Shown: piece by piece, positions 61,316-64,000 of the stretch | How the letters are laid out: each line of letters starts with the position of its first letter | Numbering within the stretch: the first letter of the stretch is position 1 | Assembly (NCBI GenBank): GCA_965230935.1 | Contig: OZ246400.1 | Coordinates: 694,359 to 758,358, forward strand | Source of the DNA: an uncultured Gammaproteobacteria bacterium | GTDB taxonomy: Bacteria > Patescibacteriota > Patescibacteriia > Magasanikbacterales > JBBTQS01 | DNA length: 64,000 nt | Reading direction: 5' to 3' | Notes under the pieces: model-generated | The model's input: the letters and a program-made list of their open reading frames with translations, nothing else | What the model was told of the DNA's origin: nothing | Databases searched by the model: none | Position numbers and translations under genes: made by a program

Positions 61316-61693
61316 ATGAAGGCTAAACATATAGAGTGGATTCTCCGCGTCGCTGTTGCCGGAGAGTTTCTCGGCCATGGTGTTTTTGCACTGCAGCAAA
61401 AAGCAGGATGGCTAAAATATTTTGAAGCGGTCGGCATTGCCGAGCCGCAGGCACTCACACTCATGACCTTGATCGGTATCATGGATGTTGTGGTGGCACT
61501 CATTGTCTTGTTTAAGCCAATACGTATTGTTGTCCTGTGGGCAGCATTTTGGGCATTTGTCACTGCGCTTATAAGGCCAATTGGTGGCGATCCAATTTGG
61601 GACTTTGTTGAACGATTCGCAAACATCGGTGCACCATTGGCATTGCTGTACTTGCTTGGTTTGCCAAAAAAGCCAAAAGATTGGTGGCCTTAA
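61316..61693 (+). CDS. small membrane protein (DoxX-like, tentative)
   Basis: Four hydrophobic helices, about 125 aa. Confidence 0.35.
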   Translation: MKAKHIEWILRVAVAGEFLGHGVFALQQKAGWLKYFEAVGIAEPQALTLMTLIGIMDVVVALIVLFKPIRIVVLWAAFWAFVTALIRPIGGDPIWDFVERFANIGAPLALLYLLGLPKKPKDWWP

Positions 61694-61708
61694 ATTAAGG
61701 GTAATATT

Positions 61709-62290
61709 ATGAAAATAAAAACAACTGTTTTTTTGATTGCCGCTGTAGTGCTTATTGGAGGTGGGTGCAGTTCTGATACGCCGACGCCCGAAGCATCGGT
61801 GGAGAAGCCATTAGTAGAGCAAGTGCCGGTTTCAAGTGATACGCCGGTTAGTGATTTGCAAGATCAAGACGCAGAAGAAGTAGTAGAAGAAGGACAGGAT
61901 AACACAACAGAAGATACAACAAAGAAGGATACACAAACGCTTGACATTGATTCTCAAGTAAAAGAGACATCAGAAAAAGACACGCCATCACCTGAACCGG
62001 TTGTTGAATCACCACCAGTCGTGATTGTTCCAGTAATTGCAAAACAATGGGAGTTTGAACCAGCAACCATTACGGTCAGCCAAGGTGATCGTGTGCGTAT
62101 GGAAGTGCAGAGTGTAGATGTAACGCACGGCATCAATATTCCCGATTTTGGGGTGAATGAAAATCTCAAGGCAGGGGAGCGTGTGGTCATTGAATTTGAT
62201 GCTGACAAAAAAGGAACGTTTCCATTTACGTGCTCGGTATTTTGCGGCGCGTTTCATGGGGACATGAGTGGGAAGATTGTAGTGCAGTAG
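61709..62290 (+). CDS. cupredoxin-domain lipoprotein with CuA-type motif (COX2-like)
   Basis: Lipobox LIGGGCSS. Acidic low-complexity linker. C-terminal H...C-x3-C-G-x2-H-x2-M (HGINIP ... CSVFCGAFHGDM). Confidence 0.7.
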   Translation: MKIKTTVFLIAAVVLIGGGCSSDTPTPEASVEKPLVEQVPVSSDTPVSDLQDQDAEEVVEEGQDNTTEDTTKKDTQTLDIDSQVKETSEKDTPSPEPVVESPPVVIVPVIAKQWEFEPATITVSQGDRVRMEVQSVDVTHGINIPDFGVNENLKAGERVVIEFDADKKGTFPFTCSVFCGAFHGDMSGKIVVQ

Positions 62291-62333
62291 TTGATCTGCA
62301 GTTTTGGATAGTTGGGGTTTCAAAAATACAAAA

Positions 62334-62359
62334 GCGGCCGGCAGTTAACTGCCGGCCGC
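62334..62359. terminator. perfect 11-bp hairpin terminator (GCGGCCGGCAG-TTAA-CTGCCGGCCGC)
   Basis: Flanked by A-run on plus and T-run on minus. Ends the minus-strand K operon. Confidence 0.55.
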
Positions 62360-62458
62360 TCTACTATCTAAAACAATTTGCGGAAAGTTGACCGCACGCT
62401 CTCGTTTCCGATGCGGGCGGTCGGGTGTAGGGTTGCGGCTCATGGCCGCGTGCGAGTT

Positions 62459-62719
62459 TCATGGCTGTTGCTCCTTGACGGTACTCCAGGCCACGGTGTT
62501 GAAAAGGATACTGGGCGGGGCATCGGTCGCCGGTGCCAGCGGCGTGTCGGGTCGCGGATCAGTGGTACTCTTGGCTTCGCGTCGTGGGATCGGGTCGGGG
62601 TGATCGAGCGCATCAGCGATGCAGGCCTCGACGGTGGTGAGATCCAGACAGCGAGAGTCAAGGGTATCAGCGATCATGGGCCAGTACGCGAGCGCGTAAC
62701 AGGCTGGCACGACCAACAT
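62459..62719 (-). CDS. small membrane protein with Pro-rich C-terminus, GC-rich (cassette K, second gene). Start uncertain.
   Basis: Hydrophobic segment FFWVSMLVVPACYALAYWPMIA. 65% GC. Directly downstream of the zinc-ribbon gene. Confidence 0.35.
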   Translation of the reverse strand: MLVVPACYALAYWPMIADTLDSRCLDLTTVEACIADALDHPDPIPRREAKSTTDPRPDTPLAPATDAPPSILFNTVAWSTVKEQQP

Positions 62720-62783
62720 GCTTACCCAGAAAAACCAGTCTTGAAAAAAGCGTAGCAGGTCTTTGAGAACCTCCGTGACGGCC

Positions 62784-63014
62784 CTTACGCCGCCTGATTG
62801 GCCGCTCGGCGTTCGGCATAGAACGCCTGGCGAGCCTGCCATTGGTCGAAACGGCGGCGAACGCGCCGGCACCCTGCGCAATGCTCTCGACCGTTGCGGT
62901 CGAAGAACATGTTGTTGCAGCGCGTCGAAGCGCAAATCCGCTTGGCCATTCCACGCATCTGGATACGGACGAGCTTGCCGTCCGGTCCCCGTTTGAGGTC
63001 GAGCTTAATGCCCA
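62784..63014 (-). CDS. small zinc-ribbon protein (CxxxC...CxxC), GC-rich (cassette K, first gene)
   Basis: 76 aa (MGIKLDLKRGPDGKLVRIQMRGMAKRICASTRCNNMFFDRNGREHCAGCRRVRRRF...). AAGGAG RBS 4 nt before ATG 63014. Arg-rich. Confidence 0.5.
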
Positions 63015-63096
63015 TGGAACTCCTTGAGATGACGTTGCATCTGAAATTACTATAGCATAGGTTTGTAACTTTTCTAAAATAAGATACAAATCTCAC

Positions 63097-63125
63097 TTGA
63101 CTTTTTGCTAAAATCATGGTATAGT
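63097..63125 (+). promoter_or_regulatory. consensus-like promoter TTGACT-17-TATAGT driving the rightward secreted-protein gene. Divergent from the K operon promoter region.
   Basis: Hexamers at 63097-63102 and 63120-63125. Followed by a 165 nt CA/A-rich leader with a hairpin plus T-run (63150-63187). Confidence 0.45.
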
Positions 63126-63295
63126 ATGTACGTGACTTAAGGAGGAAAGTTCGGTCGGAAAGTAATTTTCGCCCGAATTTTTTGTTTCTTAACGCAAACA
63201 AAAACAAAAATACAAACAAATTTTTCTCAAAATTAAGAAAAGTTTGTGCAAAATAAATCATCGAGAGTCGGATACGACTTGTAAATCAAAAACAT

Positions 63296-64000
63296 ATGAG
63301 TATCGCCACCCGAATGTATAAAATGAGTGTCTCATCACTCATTATCGCAACCATTGCTTGGAGCATTGGTCTTTCTGCATTTTTGCCGCAAATGATTCAG
63401 TCGGCGAACGCAGCGACGTTTGGAATCGTATCTGATGCCGGTGGCACTCTGGACTTTGGTGATATTGTAACGGCGCATACTATTACCTTTGGTGCGAGTG
63501 AAGCAAGTCAGACATTGACGAGTATTACTTTGAACTTCACTAGTCTTACCAATGCCACCTTTACCAATACTGCAGTAACATCAAATGTTTTGGAAGATCT
63601 AGCTGCAGATGGTGATGGTGGTATTATTTTGGTTAAAGATCAAGATGCCAATGGAGTATTTACTATGGGGGGAGACGCTGCTGGAGTGGTCACCCTTTCT
63701 GCCGGCGGCGTATATGGAGTCAACACCTACAGCATTACACCTGACACACCACCAACTTTAGCTGATGGCGATGTCTATTTTGTTCTATTAAGTACTAAGA
63801 CCGTACCATTTGCGCAGGTTCGTAGCTTTAGTGTTGAGATTCCTGATAGTGGTATTGTGACTTCAGGAACCGACCCCACGGTTTCATCCACCACTGCTGG
63901 TGGCTTTACTATTGGTGATAATGTTGCCCCAACCGCAACATCTGTTGGTGGTCCAGGAGACGGCGATACTGGTGTTCCGGTATTTGCACCAGTCAATCGA
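63296..64000 (+). CDS. secreted protein with signal peptide (partial, continues beyond window end)
   Basis: Uninterrupted frame from ATG 63296 to 64000. Signal peptide ...SAFLPQMIQSANAATFG. Thr/Gly-rich beta-rich sequence. Confidence 0.55.
   Translation, partial: MSIATRMYKMSVSSLIIATIAWSIGLSAFLPQMIQSANAATFGIVSDAGGTLDFGDIVTAHTITFGASEASQTLTSITLNFTSLTNATFTNTAVTSNVLEDLAADGDGGIILVKDQDANGVFTMGGDAAGVVTLSAGGVYGVNTYSITPDTPPTLADGDVYFVLLSTKTVPFAQVRSFSVEIPDSGIVTSGTDPTVSSTTAGGFTIGDNVAPTATSVGGPGDGDTGVPVFAPVNR

Noticed and set aside
62378-62755. 125 aa plus-strand ORF and 140/158 aa minus-strand ORFs overlapping operon K
   Set aside because: Gly/Arg-rich wrong-frame translations of 65% GC DNA. The zinc-ribbon frame has a proper RBS and start, the others do not.
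1-64000. CRISPR arrays, integrons (attC/intI), IS elements, prophage
   Set aside because: No spaced direct repeats, no integrase or transposase-like ORFs, no terminal inverted repeats bounding the GC-rich cassettes. The only mobile-element hint is the truncated LAGLIDADG-like fragment.

Overview
The window is a roughly 45% GC bacterial chromosome segment carrying housekeeping genes. Its gene content resembles a streamlined, CPR/Patescibacteria-like bacterium. Genes present include nfo, tig, H+-pyrophosphatase, comM-like, the rpsF-ssb-rpsR operon, efp, recA, ftsK, rpoB-rpoC, yebC-ruvC, trxB, a split transketolase, a PfkB kinase, class II aldolase, an ECF sigma/anti-sigma pair, alkD-like, spoU, nucleases, nth, tRNA-Gly, cspA, TrmB, an SGNH hydrolase, LigT and a cupredoxin lipoprotein. 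There is no CRISPR array, no transposase or integrase, and no rRNA. The most striking signal is compositional. At least eleven compact loci of about 55-62% GC sit in intergenic gaps of the backbone. They are A 3.5-4.1 kb, B/C 8.8-11.5 kb, L 18.0-18.6 kb, D/E 31.4-33.0 kb, F/G 34.0-35.8 kb, H 41.2-42.6 kb, I 53.6-55.3 kb, J 56.7-57.4 kb and K 62.3-63.0 kb. Almost all share one stereotyped architecture: a near-consensus sigma70 promoter (TTGACA-17-TATAGT/TATGCT/TATACT), an AGGAGG-type ribosome binding site, a GC-rich ORF of unknown or only weakly assignable function, a CA-rich (CAACA)n-like spacer right after the stop codon, and a hairpin terminator. Several are multi-gene: tandem paralogs B/C, D/E, F/G, and a zinc-ribbon plus membrane protein pair K. 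The others are single ORFs. Two GC-rich, highly structured non-coding elements are also present: 16586-16745 between the efp and recA terminators, and a roughly 350 nt structured region upstream of rpoB. Other notable items are a frameshifted amidohydrolase, a LAGLIDADG-like gene fragment abutting tRNA-Gly, and a 631 aa protein combining a zinc finger, a kinase-like module and a P-loop module. Functions of the GC-rich cassette proteins could not be assigned from sequence alone, except E (short-chain dehydrogenase), I (ABC exporter), J (amidohydrolase-2) and tentatively F (NDP-hexose 2,3-dehydratase-like).
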